The position numbers and the translations under genes were made by a program. A DNA stretch of 64,000 nucleotides from a virus. Lineage: Duplodnaviria > Caudoviricetes. Below the pieces are notes generated by a model. It was not told the origin of the DNA. It saw only the letters and a list, made by a program, of their open reading frames with translations, and did no database searches. The stretch lies in IMG/VR virus record IMGVR_UViG_2636416106_000010, positions 64,762 to 128,761 of that record. The stretch is one strand, 5' to 3'. Positions 40,701 to 49,784 of the stretch are shown here, piece after piece (the stretch's first letter is position 1; each line of letters begins with the position of its first letter).

Positions 40701-43700
40701 TTGCATATGGTCTATCTAGTTCGTGTTTGTTTTCATAATGATAAGGGTCTGTTAGGAAGTGTTTAATAGGAGCGAACGGATGAGTTAATGTAGGCATCCA
40801 GTTATTTGCCCAGTACTCACTTTCACTACCATACATAGTATCTGTGAATTTATAATCAGACTTTAATTTACGATACCAGTTGGCTTCAAAGTGGTCGATT
40901 CCTCCACCAGCCCAAGGAGAAGGAGAACCAACTCCCCAGTATCTATTTTTACGGATTGCATCTTCACCAGATTCGTAGTACTCTCTAGTATCTTCACCGC
41001 TACGGAAATCACTAAATATGCCGAATGTTAAAAAGTCTAATTGCTTAACTCCAAGCCATTCTCCAACTTGGTCAGCACCTGCATTTTTAAATACATTTGC
41101 CCAAGGACGTAACGCCTTGTTAATACCAAGCCCTTCTTTAATACTTTGAAGAGTTGTATGAGTGTTTACGTATGCGTCTGCTGCTGTATCACTAACCGTA
41201 TCCCCTGTTAATCCATCAAAGTAAACAGCTTGTTGATATGCTGCATATGGAAGAACAATACGACGTAAATATTGATTACCGATAATACTTTGGAAAGAAC
41301 CTAGATTCTTCTGAGATAAACTCAATCCGAAGTTACCTAACTGATTATCTAGACGTTCTGCCAATCCGTACATAATAGCAGTTGAAGTTGTTACATTTTC
41401 TAAGGAATCTCCATTAATGTGTCTTCCTGCTAACATCTCTTTTGAAACTGCTAGGCCTTGTTGAACTAATGTTGAGGAAGCATTTCTTGCATACATTTCT
41501 GTATTAATTGCAAGATCCCAACCATCATCAATTGGACCGTAATTTTTTAGGTTATTTATGTTTAGCTCTGATACGATTTCCTTACCAGCTTTACCAAGCC
41601 CACTTTTACGCATGATGATGAAATCAGCACCATTAGGAGATGGCTTGCCCGGTTCTGGTTTTCTACCTGTAAGAGGTTGAGCACGTAGAATACCTTCTTG
41701 AAGATCTTGACCAAAACCATTTAGAATAACTCCGCCGCTTTCAAATACTAACTTAGTATCATCATAACCAACATCGCCTTTATGAATGTTCATTACGTCC
41801 TCAAGGAATGTCTTCGCTTCACGAGGTCTTGCATCAATACTGTGGATATTGTCATAACCTAGAATATCAGTTAATGTTTCTAAATCCTTCGCATTCTTTA
41901 CGTCTGATTCAGAGAGAATGCCTTTATTTCTTGCATCGATTAAATATGCAAGGGAACTTCTTTGTCTTGCTCCATTTTTAACAACATCCGGGGCAAAGTC
42001 TCCTGCTTCATTATCTAATGCTCTTAAAGCATATTGATGGAAAGAACGTCGAAGTTTTTCAGTTGCAGGAATAAGTGCTGCATCGTCACCAAATGTAGGA
42101 ACCATAAATTCCATTAAAGATGGTAGGTTTTTATCGACTGCTGCTTCCCTTGAGGAGTTAAATCCTTCAGGGTCATTAATGTACTTCTGCGTCCATCTAC
42201 CTAATTCCTTAACAGATGGATCTTCATAATGTTTTAAAGCATCTCTACCTGATAAGTCTTCATTGTATACAGAACGAGTATGAGACTTGTACATTCCTAT
42301 GTTAGATGATTGATTTTTAAGCTCTTTATTAAATATAAGAGCTGCATCTTTTACATAGTCGTCATCAGTTAATCTAGCAAAGTCAAAAGCTTCTCCATTT
42401 ACTTTAATGTGGTCAAATAGCTTGTTTACGTGAGGAGAAAGAACTTCTGTAGCTTCACGGGTAAGACTTGTTGCGCTCTTATCCATACCAACACGCATAA
42501 CATTGTAAACATCACGAATCATATCTGATTGGTTTTCTTTAGAGGTATGTAAATCATATACTAAACCTCTTAATGCATTTGGCCCGTACATTGGATCTGC
42601 AAGCTTATCCCATGCTTTTCTGTATGTTTCTGCTCGGCTTTCATTTTCCTGATATCCAACGTCGAATAGTTTCTTCATCCATCCACGTTCATCCACTACA
42701 TCTTTTTCACTGTAGTTGGTCATGTTTTTATGCATACGTGAGAATGCACCGAATTGTGATGGAGCCAAGTATAGACCTTCATCAACTAAATCTAGTCCAC
42801 CTGTTTCTGTATAACGAAAAACATTTCCACCAGTATAGAAATGATCACTATTCTTTAGAGGATTGCGGATAGCTCCTTCTTGAGTTGTTTTAGCTACCCC
42901 ATCGAAAGCTTGGTCACCTAAGTTCCTTACAAAACCGTGAACCTGTCCAGCACCTAATACTTGAATCCCCTCTTTTGCTTGACCAGAACGGAATGCTTGC
43001 CAAGGTGTTAAATCAACCGGGTTAATATTAAGAAAGGGAACTTTAACACTTTCTTGGAAAGAATCTATTGCACTAACAGCCCCAGATTTTAAATGTCGAT
43101 TGTCTATCATCTCACCTGTTTTTGCATGAGTGTATAAATTCTTATCAAGAATCATATCTTCGAAGTTAAAAGATATTCCTTTTTTACCTAACAGTGCATT
43201 TAAATCTTCATTGTGTTTGTTGTTGTCTAAGAATTTTCTTAACTCCTTAGTAACATCGATAGACTTTTCATTTCCTTTTTCATCAATATCATCAACAATT
43301 AATCCATATTTACGTTTAGTAGCTACGTCAAACTTCTCAGCATCTTTTAACGTAGTGTGATTAAATCCTTTTTTCTTAAATTGAGTACTTAATACATCAG
43401 TTTGCTTGAGTGCATCTTGAATGAAACCATAAGAAGAAGCAGTCTCCATCGCTTTCGCTTGAGATAGGATTGATCCTTTATTCCCCTCAAATACTTTTTT
43501 AGTATCTTTATACTGCTCAAGAGTTTGAAGCATTTGTTTTTGGAATACATTTCGTTGTGTATCATCTTGGAATTTAACCTTATGAGAGTACTTCCCATTT
43601 TCAAGTTGCTTTATGAAGTCATCAACGTGATCAGCAGGACTATTAAAAATACCTTTATTCTGATTGTGGTAATGGGTAAGAGCATTAAGAATCTTGTCCC

Positions 43701-44241
43701 CACCATTGTTTTTAATAGAGGATTGTTTTCGTAGGTTTTCAAGGATTTTATTTTGACGGAATGATTGAGTAGCAGCGTATTCAAACTTATTAAGACCACC
43801 CATGTTTCTTTTATGGAATTCTTTATAGTAACGACTAACGAATTCTGTATTGTTTTGACCTGGGCGATTCGTAAGCATTTGTCTCTTCTTGATATTGTTA
43901 CGGACAGAAGCTTCGAAGTTTTTATGCATTTTCTCCTGTATGTTACTATCAAATCCACCACGTAATGTTCTAATAACAGATGGATTATCACCAAGAGCAT
44001 CAGATATTCCCTTCATAAATACTTTTGCATCGGATAAAGCACTGTATGCATGTCCATCCTTGCTTAATACCCTACTTCCAGTGACCGCTGCATTACTAGA
44101 TAAATCAGACATAGCTTTACCTATCATTGCTCGGTTACGGTAAGCCATTACTCCTCCACCGATAAGGGAACCTGTTTTTGCTATATTACTAAGCAGATGA
44201 CTCTTCTCTTTCTCTTCACCCGTATAGCGTTTATCAGCCAT
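37759..44241 (-). CDS. Tape-measure/ejection-like giant protein with a degenerate SNase-like domain
   Basis: 2160 aa, directly after the tail chaperones. Largely helical with Gly-rich and hydrophobic segments. ISKIIDANTF...IKLAGI...DTYGSMDAVVY...SLNALI is SNase-like. Confidence 0.65.
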   Translation of the reverse strand: MADKRYTGEEKEKSHLLSNIAKTGSLIGGGVMAYRNRAMIGKAMSDLSSNAAVTGSRVLSKDGHAYSALSDAKVFMKGISDALGDNPSVIRTLRGGFDSNIQEKMHKNFEASVRNNIKKRQMLTNRPGQNNTEFVSRYYKEFHKRNMGGLNKFEYAATQSFRQNKILENLRKQSSIKNNGGDKILNALTHYHNQNKGIFNSPADHVDDFIKQLENGKYSHKVKFQDDTQRNVFQKQMLQTLEQYKDTKKVFEGNKGSILSQAKAMETASSYGFIQDALKQTDVLSTQFKKKGFNHTTLKDAEKFDVATKRKYGLIVDDIDEKGNEKSIDVTKELRKFLDNNKHNEDLNALLGKKGISFNFEDMILDKNLYTHAKTGEMIDNRHLKSGAVSAIDSFQESVKVPFLNINPVDLTPWQAFRSGQAKEGIQVLGAGQVHGFVRNLGDQAFDGVAKTTQEGAIRNPLKNSDHFYTGGNVFRYTETGGLDLVDEGLYLAPSQFGAFSRMHKNMTNYSEKDVVDERGWMKKLFDVGYQENESRAETYRKAWDKLADPMYGPNALRGLVYDLHTSKENQSDMIRDVYNVMRVGMDKSATSLTREATEVLSPHVNKLFDHIKVNGEAFDFARLTDDDYVKDAALIFNKELKNQSSNIGMYKSHTRSVYNEDLSGRDALKHYEDPSVKELGRWTQKYINDPEGFNSSREAAVDKNLPSLMEFMVPTFGDDAALIPATEKLRRSFHQYALRALDNEAGDFAPDVVKNGARQRSSLAYLIDARNKGILSESDVKNAKDLETLTDILGYDNIHSIDARPREAKTFLEDVMNIHKGDVGYDDTKLVFESGGVILNGFGQDLQEGILRAQPLTGRKPEPGKPSPNGADFIIMRKSGLGKAGKEIVSELNINNLKNYGPIDDGWDLAINTEMYARNASSTLVQQGLAVSKEMLAGRHINGDSLENVTTSTAIMYGLAERLDNQLGNFGLSLSQKNLGSFQSIIGNQYLRRIVLPYAAYQQAVYFDGLTGDTVSDTAADAYVNTHTTLQSIKEGLGINKALRPWANVFKNAGADQVGEWLGVKQLDFLTFGIFSDFRSGEDTREYYESGEDAIRKNRYWGVGSPSPWAGGGIDHFEANWYRKLKSDYKFTDTMYGSESEYWANNWMPTLTHPFAPIKHFLTDPYHYENKHELDRPYAITGGFSELQNIPIVGNLVDGTVGRILKPRKEHKGLEKAHEEYISSINQFIQDKYSPVNDGSYVGISGTGAVTQYNMYADQGTGDYFGGSAANYGADAGIVNYGNGITPTYKTNVAGGGAGGPVGSIGGSGGTAVGGSIIGRGMSGATRAQNILAEQNYELAQMGDGVEASTVNSLMKLRNMGVPQDLDSIGQLDNLTGLLKDGFYSASELGGIYGFLTKTGIGYEESWRGTTLAPSTLMTSPSRAFWDMNLGGAGGALSEIGRRYVPRDPNKDYYSPIRNTMPEWLPGIGSSTDFLHGDPYAKIQKGEIRLPGKAYETLYKLHPDGTGSGEFADYGVFDRFRILADVDPDSEQYKVAKHQISLLRQSGGLTEDMAKEVDEIKKQVHDKQDTYHWYDKKFSNADIQEKNVTISKIIDANTFMVREFDAPIKLAGIKLTQKDNQDVIDWMGQYLKVGEKVKIGIADDPVARMNTDTYGSMDAVVYTNKNEDGRFWFETNKGQSLNALIANRTWKNPVQIKDDGSPTSTRALYSNDMVTVGKYTEMLTHDILPKIPFVGILADKFLQVRTPIESYKRDQVYGSDWRPWTQPYEGWIKPMVNTVASQNPLIAGAEMAAIGHLWGKTTKAKGLGRVAGFAIGAGLSTLRVLDEGAGRILPGLDNVWIPQEREDEREINQYFDRLKYVKYRGLYEKASQLAKSEEDVDVEEFFDAAAEKGRKNKGLKRYLTDKKKTLSWAKKMGYGDTEAVKSQIHELSDEIEGISSAKEAYQSGKYTSLAIKYRQEYEGTLYSMGETGASDRTSLMRALTPKEREYIPRFLETTSSKERQEILKYVPEDIKRILQGSWGLKVDKQEDIEDYFDSHYLPSENWSGWNAGTNLDDIKIKVMKKQGVNPTTSGYWSKDQARAEKSGEKAIPIHSLSSLIDTGRLREVLSGMGLSDVDVQLTTSYGEGPGGINTSIDIMKDMQNEILDNLNAGIHSSLF

Positions 44242-44255
44242 ACTTATTCACCACC

Positions 44256-44831
44256 TTACTGTTCTTGTTGCATATCTGATTCATTCACTAATTGTAATCC
44301 TCTTAGATTTTCAAGCAACCATTTAGCTTTAACATAATACTCTGCTGTTTTAGCCATTGGCCATGATTCTATTTCGCTTAATGGGATATCTTGAAATGCT
44401 TCTTTTATTACTAATGGAAGTTGATTTTCTGAATCCTCCATATGTTTTTCCCATCTAGCTATCATGATCTTAACTTTTTGTGCCTTTGTATATCCTGACT
44501 CTTCTAGAATAGAACGACAAAGAATTTCTGGTACACCTGCAAAAATATCTAATGAGTAGTCCTCAATAACTGGTTCGATAACGCAAGTTTTACAGATGTA
44601 TTCTGTTCGTTCATAGTCATCGTTGTATACTTCCTGGGCGATTTTCAACTCTTCTTTACTTAATGCACGGAAGAAAAATAGTACATCACTTATTTCCTGC
44701 ATGAAAATATGTCCGTGTTCTTCATGCCACATACGCAATTGTTCTTTGAAGTATACTTCTTCTTCATACGTTTCAAATTCAATAGGTAATTCTTCTACCT
44801 TGTCATTCAATAAATTAGGATCGATTAACAT
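44256..44831 (-). CDS. Tail assembly chaperone paralog 2
   Basis: 191 aa. FFRALSKEE...ICKTCVIEP...AGVPEIL...ILEESG is paralogous to 44885..45322. Sits between the tube and tape-measure-like genes. Confidence 0.65.
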   Translation of the reverse strand: MLIDPNLLNDKVEELPIEFETYEEEVYFKEQLRMWHEEHGHIFMQEISDVLFFFRALSKEELKIAQEVYNDDYERTEYICKTCVIEPVIEDYSLDIFAGVPEILCRSILEESGYTKAQKVKIMIARWEKHMEDSENQLPLVIKEAFQDIPLSEIESWPMAKTAEYYVKAKWLLENLRGLQLVNESDMQQEQ

Positions 44832-44850
44832 GTTATTTCCCCCTTATAAT

Positions 44851-44880
44851 AAAAATAGGAGGCGATAATACGCCTCCTCC
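44851..44880 (-). terminator. Intrinsic terminator
   Basis: Minus strand GGAGGCG-TATTAT-CGCCTCC-TATTTTT. Confidence 0.75.
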
Positions 44881-44884
44881 GCTT

Positions 44885-45322
44885 TTAGCTTAAGCGCATT
44901 GCGCCTGTTTTCGCTACGAATCCTGACTTCTCTAACACCATTTCATGTAACAGTGTAGGAATACCAGCTTTACCATTTGTCATATTCATGAAACCGTAGT
45001 TAGCAGGGAAAAGAACTGCTTTCTCACAAATACGTTCTTCTTTATAGAAGTTATCTGCATTTGGAATTTTAGCAATATCCTTGTATTCTTTACGCTTAAT
45101 TGGGCGCCATACGAATTGGTTTTCTTCATCAAATTCAGTGTAGTATACTTCTCCTGCGTACATTGACTTCCATTTTTCTAACTCGTTATAAGTTGGACCA
45201 CCTGGGAAGATTTCTTGTTCTGCTTTTGAAACATCATCTTCATCAAATTTTTCTCCTGCTGGTACAACTGGAGCTTCTTGATCCTCCATGAAAACTTCTT
45301 CTTTTTCAGTACGTTTTGCCAT
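44885..45322 (-). CDS. Tail assembly chaperone paralog 1 (likely start MAKRTEK)
   Basis: AGAGGAGG RBS before ATG 45322. FVWRPIKRKEY...ICEKAVLFP...AGIPTLL...VLEKSG. Confidence 0.65.
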   Translation of the reverse strand: MAKRTEKEEVFMEDQEAPVVPAGEKFDEDDVSKAEQEIFPGGPTYNELEKWKSMYAGEVYYTEFDEENQFVWRPIKRKEYKDIAKIPNADNFYKEERICEKAVLFPANYGFMNMTNGKAGIPTLLHEMVLEKSGFVAKTGAMRLS

Positions 45323-45402
45323 TGTGTTTCCTCCTCTTTCTCTCATAAATATAAACGACTTTTAGGTTACTATAACTCTGTTATGTAAACCGTCTAGTCA
45401 GA

Positions 45403-46119
45403 CTAATACGCTTTTTGTACATTTCCTGAGATATCTTTCGCTATAAAAGTATATACTTCAGAAATGGGGTTTCCAGATGGATCTACTCTCTGAGAAACAC
45501 CTGTTAGTTGTACACCGACAATTGTTTGAGCGGTCTTGTAGCTTCCTGCTCCTCTAACAGCGCAAGGATTATTCCCGTAAGTTAATAAGATATTGAAACC
45601 ATGTTCCTTTAAAGCCTTATTCTTTGCGTTTTCATTTGTGCTATAAAAGAATGTATCGGTTTTACGACTATCTATTAACTTAGAAGAATTAGAGTTTGTT
45701 CCCCACAGTGCATTTTCATAATCATCTGCTAATGCTTGGAAGTTATCTATAAGGTCTTCAACCTTTGTGTTTTTGTGGGCACTCTGTCCACCATCACCGT
45801 TAAATTCTGATAGGTTGAACCACTCTTGTTCGTCTGTCATTTCAGAACTTAAACTATTAAGTACGGTTTGTAAATAACCAGCTTCTTTGAAGTTGATAGA
45901 AAAAGAACCTTGAACAAAACGATTTCCTCTAGCTACCTTGTCCCACGTATATGAAGCAAATCCGTAAATTGGTGCTAATTGCTCTTGCATTGTCCATTCA
46001 ATCTCTACAATTTCATCTATCCAGTTGTCCCCGAAATAGATTCTGATATCTGTTCCTGAGTAATAATTCGCATAACCCTTTTTAGATTGACCTGTTGGTG
46101 TGTAAGCTCCATCACTCAT
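45403..46119 (-). CDS. Tail tube-like protein, paralog 3
   Basis: YYSGTDIRIYF...IEWTMQEQLAPIYGF...VARGNRFVQGSFSINF...YTFIAKDI, homologous to the two upstream tube genes. Start reassigned to MSDGAY. Confidence 0.7.
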   Translation of the reverse strand: MSDGAYTPTGQSKKGYANYYSGTDIRIYFGDNWIDEIVEIEWTMQEQLAPIYGFASYTWDKVARGNRFVQGSFSINFKEAGYLQTVLNSLSSEMTDEQEWFNLSEFNGDGGQSAHKNTKVEDLIDNFQALADDYENALWGTNSNSSKLIDSRKTDTFFYSTNENAKNKALKEHGFNILLTYGNNPCAVRGAGSYKTAQTIVGVQLTGVSQRVDPSGNPISEVYTFIAKDISGNVQKAY

Positions 46120-46124
46120 ACTTC

Positions 46125-46622
46125 TTACCACCCTTCATCAAAAACATCTGGTTTCATTGTGTCTATATCTAAAGCAATGAACTCCATTGTATTTTCTGTA
46201 ATCATGTCTTCAACCGACATCGTTTGTCCTTCTGAGATAAGATATACCCCATAGATTACTAATCTTGAAGACTGTCCATACTCATTCATAAAGTTAATTG
46301 TTATATCGAATGGTGGAAGCTCATCACTCTTATTAATAGGACAATTACCTGAATTGTTATTATGATCTCTCATGATTTCATATAAAACGTGACGGTCAAA
46401 TACAGTAAAGATTAGACTTCCTGCCACCGTTCTTGCTCCACGCACAACACCTTTAGCTGCAATCTGCCCCAAGGCATACACCGGAGCTGTTGGTCTAAAT
46501 ACAGAATAAGAGATTGTCTGTAATTGACCTAACACTACAGACTTACCGCCTTCGGGAGTTACAACAGCAACAATATCCGTACCTGCAAAACTCGTATAAG
46601 TCTTCTGGTATTTACTTGTCAT
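46125..46622 (-). CDS. Tail tube-like protein, paralog 2
   Basis: SFAGTDIV...LQTISYSV...RGARTVAGSLIFTVFDR...DELPPFDITINFMNEYG. Start reassigned to MTSKYQ (AGGTG RBS). Confidence 0.75.
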   Translation of the reverse strand: MTSKYQKTYTSFAGTDIVAVVTPEGGKSVVLGQLQTISYSVFRPTAPVYALGQIAAKGVVRGARTVAGSLIFTVFDRHVLYEIMRDHNNNSGNCPINKSDELPPFDITINFMNEYGQSSRLVIYGVYLISEGQTMSVEDMITENTMEFIALDIDTMKPDVFDEGW

Positions 46623-46659
46623 GAAGACACCTGCCTTTCTATTTTCTATAAACGGAACA

Positions 46660-46684
46660 TAACCACTCGAAAATAATTTTGCTA
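46660..46684 (-). promoter_or_regulatory. Putative phage promoter motif copy (TAGCAAAA-N9-AGTGGTTA)
   Basis: Third copy of the bipartite motif with identical spacing, directly downstream of a terminator. Confidence 0.55.
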
Positions 46685-46692
46685 CCAAATAC

Positions 46693-46719
46693 AAAAAAGA
46701 GATGCCGAAGCACCTCTTT
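46693..46719 (-). terminator. Intrinsic terminator
   Basis: Minus strand AAAGAGGTGC-TTCG-GCATCTCTTT-TTT (UUCG tetraloop). Confidence 0.85.
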
Positions 46720-46727
46720 AGTTGTTA

Positions 46728-47330
46728 TTATTCTACTTCCCAATCATCTTGTGGACGCATCTCAACGATGTTACGAGCGATGAAAGTACAAGCTTTTTCT
46801 GTAGTGTTATCATCAACACTTAAGCCCATTCCTTCATTAAGAATCTCTACACCGTAGATTTCCATTTTACTAGCTTGTCCATATTCGTTAAGGAAGTTGA
46901 TAGTGATATCAAATGGAGGGATTTCGTCGATGAAGTTGGCTTTACGTTTTGTCTGCCATCCTTGTACAAGGTCATTACGTTGAGTTAAAGCTGCAGCGTT
47001 TGCATCTACATCTAAAACTTGAGTAGTGCTACTTGCTAGGGCATCTGTTTGGTTTAAACCATGACGGTGAACAGTAGCTTGTTGTTTAAGGTTGAACAGT
47101 GCATCACGGTCGAAGATAGTAAATACTAAACTTCCTGCGATACCACGTTTACCACGAGAGAAAGATTTTGGGTTTGGGTCACCCATTACATACACAGGAC
47201 CTTTTTCACGAGTAACTGAGTAAGTAATAGCTTGTAATTGACCAACTACCTGTCCATTAAATGTACATACGATGTCTGATCCACCGTAAGTAGTAAATGT
47301 TTTGCTATAGCGAGAAGCTGTTGTACTCAT
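46728..47330 (-). CDS. Major tail tube protein
   Basis: 200 aa directly after the sheath gene. TYGGSDIVCTF...LQAITYSVTREKGPVY...SRGKRGIAGSLVFTIFDR. Confidence 0.8.
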   Translation of the reverse strand: MSTTASRYSKTFTTYGGSDIVCTFNGQVVGQLQAITYSVTREKGPVYVMGDPNPKSFSRGKRGIAGSLVFTIFDRDALFNLKQQATVHRHGLNQTDALASSTTQVLDVDANAAALTQRNDLVQGWQTKRKANFIDEIPPFDITINFLNEYGQASKMEIYGVEILNEGMGLSVDDNTTEKACTFIARNIVEMRPQDDWEVE

Positions 47331-47401
47331 AGGTTAGTAACCTCCTGTTATTCTTTTATGTAAGAGAGGGGCGTTGATTCCCCTCTTCTCATCAATGGTT
47401 C

Positions 47402-49117
47402 TTATTGACCAAGGCTTTGTAGCATGTACTCAGGAGGAGCTAAGTTAACTTGAACTTCTACACGACGTAATTCAAATGCCGGGATGATTTCTAAATTAAC
47501 TGTTGCTTCGTCTAAGTAAACTCCAAGGTTCCCGATTGTAAATTTGTATCCTTGGATAGCACCTGCTTCGCGGATTTTTTCTAATGCCGACTTAATAGCA
47601 GTGTTCATTGCGTTGTATTGTGGCATTTCGTTCGCTTCACCAATGAATGGCTCTACTGCTTCACGAACAACTTGGATTGCAAGCTGAGTGATACGAAGAG
47701 TAGATAAACGAGCAAAGTCACTTTCACGTACTTTTCCAGCCATAAAGATAGATGGAGCAGTTGTGATTCCGTCTGTAACAACTAGTTGAGTTGAATCTTT
47801 CAAACGGAATGTAACGATTTTCTTGCTAGTCAGTTTAGAAAGTTGGCGAAGAGAGTAGTCAAAGCGGATAGCTTTAACACCTTTGATTGGTTTGTTTGTA
47901 GGAGCACTTTCTTTTCGAAGAGTTGAAAGTAGTGCAGCGTAGTGAGTCGCACCATTTACATAGTGCATTGAGTTTGTTGTTGGCATGATTACTCCAACTT
48001 CAGACCCTACTACTTGAAGGTAAGGAGAGATTTCTGTGTCAAGCTTAGCTAGCTCGTCCACATATTTGCGGATTGTAGAAACTTTCGTATCTACTGGAGA
48101 TTTAACCCCGATGTATCCGATAGCAGCTGACTTCATTAAAGTCTTCATAGAACAATAATCAGCAACTGTTTGAGCAAATGAACCGCGATGGATTACACCA
48201 AAGCTAGTTTTTTGCCATTTAGCTACTTGATTACTTAATTGAAGACCGGTAGCTGTTGTACCAGCTTGTACAGAAGCAGGAGCATCGAAGTAAAGAACAA
48301 TTTTACCACTGTCTTCTCTTACGTTAGCTTTGATACCAGTTGGATCTGCATCGATAACAGCTTTGATATCTTTTACTAAGTCACTAATAGTTAGTGTGCT
48401 GCCGTTGTAAGTCTTTTCAGGAAGCGTAAACGTTAGATCTTTACCATCAACTTTTACTACTAGCTTATCGTTAGTTCCAGTTGTAATTTCTACTGGATAA
48501 ACAATAGAATTAGATTCCATTACATAAGAAGAAGTAACCATTCCACTGATGTAAGGGAAATCTTCAGAGTTTGGAACTTCAGGGAAGAATTCACCAACTA
48601 GGTTAGTTGCTTCGTCCTCAAGCGTGACTCCTTTAAGAACTACGTGATCTACATTAAAATCAAGTAAGTCGCTCATTAGTAAGTCGTAGAAATAGATAAA
48701 CTTACGACGGATACGAACTGCTTCTGTAGTACCAACTAAAACGTTTTTGAACTTAGCTTCAGCTTCTTGTGAAGTGTTTCCTTCAGCTACATAAGCATCG
48801 ATTGCAAATTGCTCAAGTTCAGTAGCGCGCTCTGTGCTGATTTCTTTAAGAGCTACTAGGTATACCATTCTAGCTCCGCCATCAGTAGCAGCTTTCCACT
48901 CTGCAGCAATCGGGTTAACTTCTCCTGCTACATAGAAATCACCGAATCCAGCTTGCACAAGTTCAGATGAACTACGGATTAATACTGGTTCTTCAGGAGC
49001 ATCTTTCGCAAGAGATGGAGCGATGATTAGGATCGACTCTGATCCGCCTCGTTCTGGAATAATTAAGCCACCATCTTTTAGCGTGACATTAATGCCAGGA
49101 AGATTTTCGTAAAGCAT
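47402..49117 (-). CDS. Tail sheath protein
   Basis: 571 aa. N-terminal LPGINVTL. C-terminal SAPTNKPI...VVTDGITTA...RLSTLRI...VEPFIGE...LEIIPAFELRRVEV sheath signature. Confidence 0.9.
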   Translation of the reverse strand: MLYENLPGINVTLKDGGLIIPERGGSESILIIAPSLAKDAPEEPVLIRSSSELVQAGFGDFYVAGEVNPIAAEWKAATDGGARMVYLVALKEISTERATELEQFAIDAYVAEGNTSQEAEAKFKNVLVGTTEAVRIRRKFIYFYDLLMSDLLDFNVDHVVLKGVTLEDEATNLVGEFFPEVPNSEDFPYISGMVTSSYVMESNSIVYPVEITTGTNDKLVVKVDGKDLTFTLPEKTYNGSTLTISDLVKDIKAVIDADPTGIKANVREDSGKIVLYFDAPASVQAGTTATGLQLSNQVAKWQKTSFGVIHRGSFAQTVADYCSMKTLMKSAAIGYIGVKSPVDTKVSTIRKYVDELAKLDTEISPYLQVVGSEVGVIMPTTNSMHYVNGATHYAALLSTLRKESAPTNKPIKGVKAIRFDYSLRQLSKLTSKKIVTFRLKDSTQLVVTDGITTAPSIFMAGKVRESDFARLSTLRITQLAIQVVREAVEPFIGEANEMPQYNAMNTAIKSALEKIREAGAIQGYKFTIGNLGVYLDEATVNLEIIPAFELRRVEVQVNLAPPEYMLQSLGQ

Positions 49118-49163
49118 AGGTTTGCCCCCTCTTTATTTTGTTGTATTTGAAAAGCGACGAGCG

Positions 49164-49784
49164 CTATTCACCCAGTTGAGTGTTTGTTGTTTCTTGGAGT
49201 CTCTTCTCTACGACATCTATCACACGGAAGATATCTACAGGGACTTCTGTTAATTCTTCGAACTTAGCAAAGTAAACAAGTCTACGAGTCTTACTAGCAT
49301 CACGTATATTTGCCTTTGATAAGTCTGTTTCCATCCTTACGAATTGAAGTTCTTTAAGCCCCTTCTCTTTAAGGAATCCCGTGTATGTTGCAAGCGTTTG
49401 ACGAAACTCTTTTGTGAGCTTGTCCACTCGCGCATTGGTTTCTTCCCAAATCTCAAAAACAATCTCCGCATCAAATACCTGTCCATAAATCTTAGTTGCA
49501 GGTGGTAGAGTCCCATTAGAATCCTCATTAAAAGCAAGGTAACGTTGACGTGGTTTAATTTCTCTGGTGTTTTTACCGATTAAACCTGGTTGCATTACGC
49601 TAAGATAATGAACGATGACCGGGTATTCTACATGCTTGTCATCTGTTACATTTGGTCCGTCGGGAATAAAACTTCCCCACTTAGGGCCCCATGCGGCATC
49701 TAATAAATACTTGATTGTCTTTGTCATGTCTTCATAGTCCATAGAACCATTTGCTTGAGTTGGCTTATTGATTTCTACTACCAT
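49164..49784 (-). CDS. Tail completion/terminator-like protein
   Basis: 206 aa upstream of the sheath gene. YPVIVH...GQVFDAEIVFEIW pattern. Confidence 0.55.
   Translation of the reverse strand: MVVEINKPTQANGSMDYEDMTKTIKYLLDAAWGPKWGSFIPDGPNVTDDKHVEYPVIVHYLSVMQPGLIGKNTREIKPRQRYLAFNEDSNGTLPPATKIYGQVFDAEIVFEIWEETNARVDKLTKEFRQTLATYTGFLKEKGLKELQFVRMETDLSKANIRDASKTRRLVYFAKFEELTEVPVDIFRVIDVVEKRLQETTNTQLGE

Noticed and set aside
44256-45346. Classical G/GT programmed -1 frameshift between tail chaperones
   Set aside because: The two genes are full paralogs separated by a stop, a terminator and a new RBS. I saw no slippery site joining them.
45347-45402. Another copy of the promoter motif upstream of the chaperone genes
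   Set aside because: TATAGT is present but ARTGGTTA is not at the 13-nt spacing. Only a short CGTTTATA is shared with the 46647 region, which is too weak to call.
47360-47392. Hairpin between sheath and tube genes as a terminator
   Set aside because: The stem AGAGGGG/CCCCTCT is present but lacks a proper U-tract on the coding strand. It is more likely a stabilising or processing hairpin.
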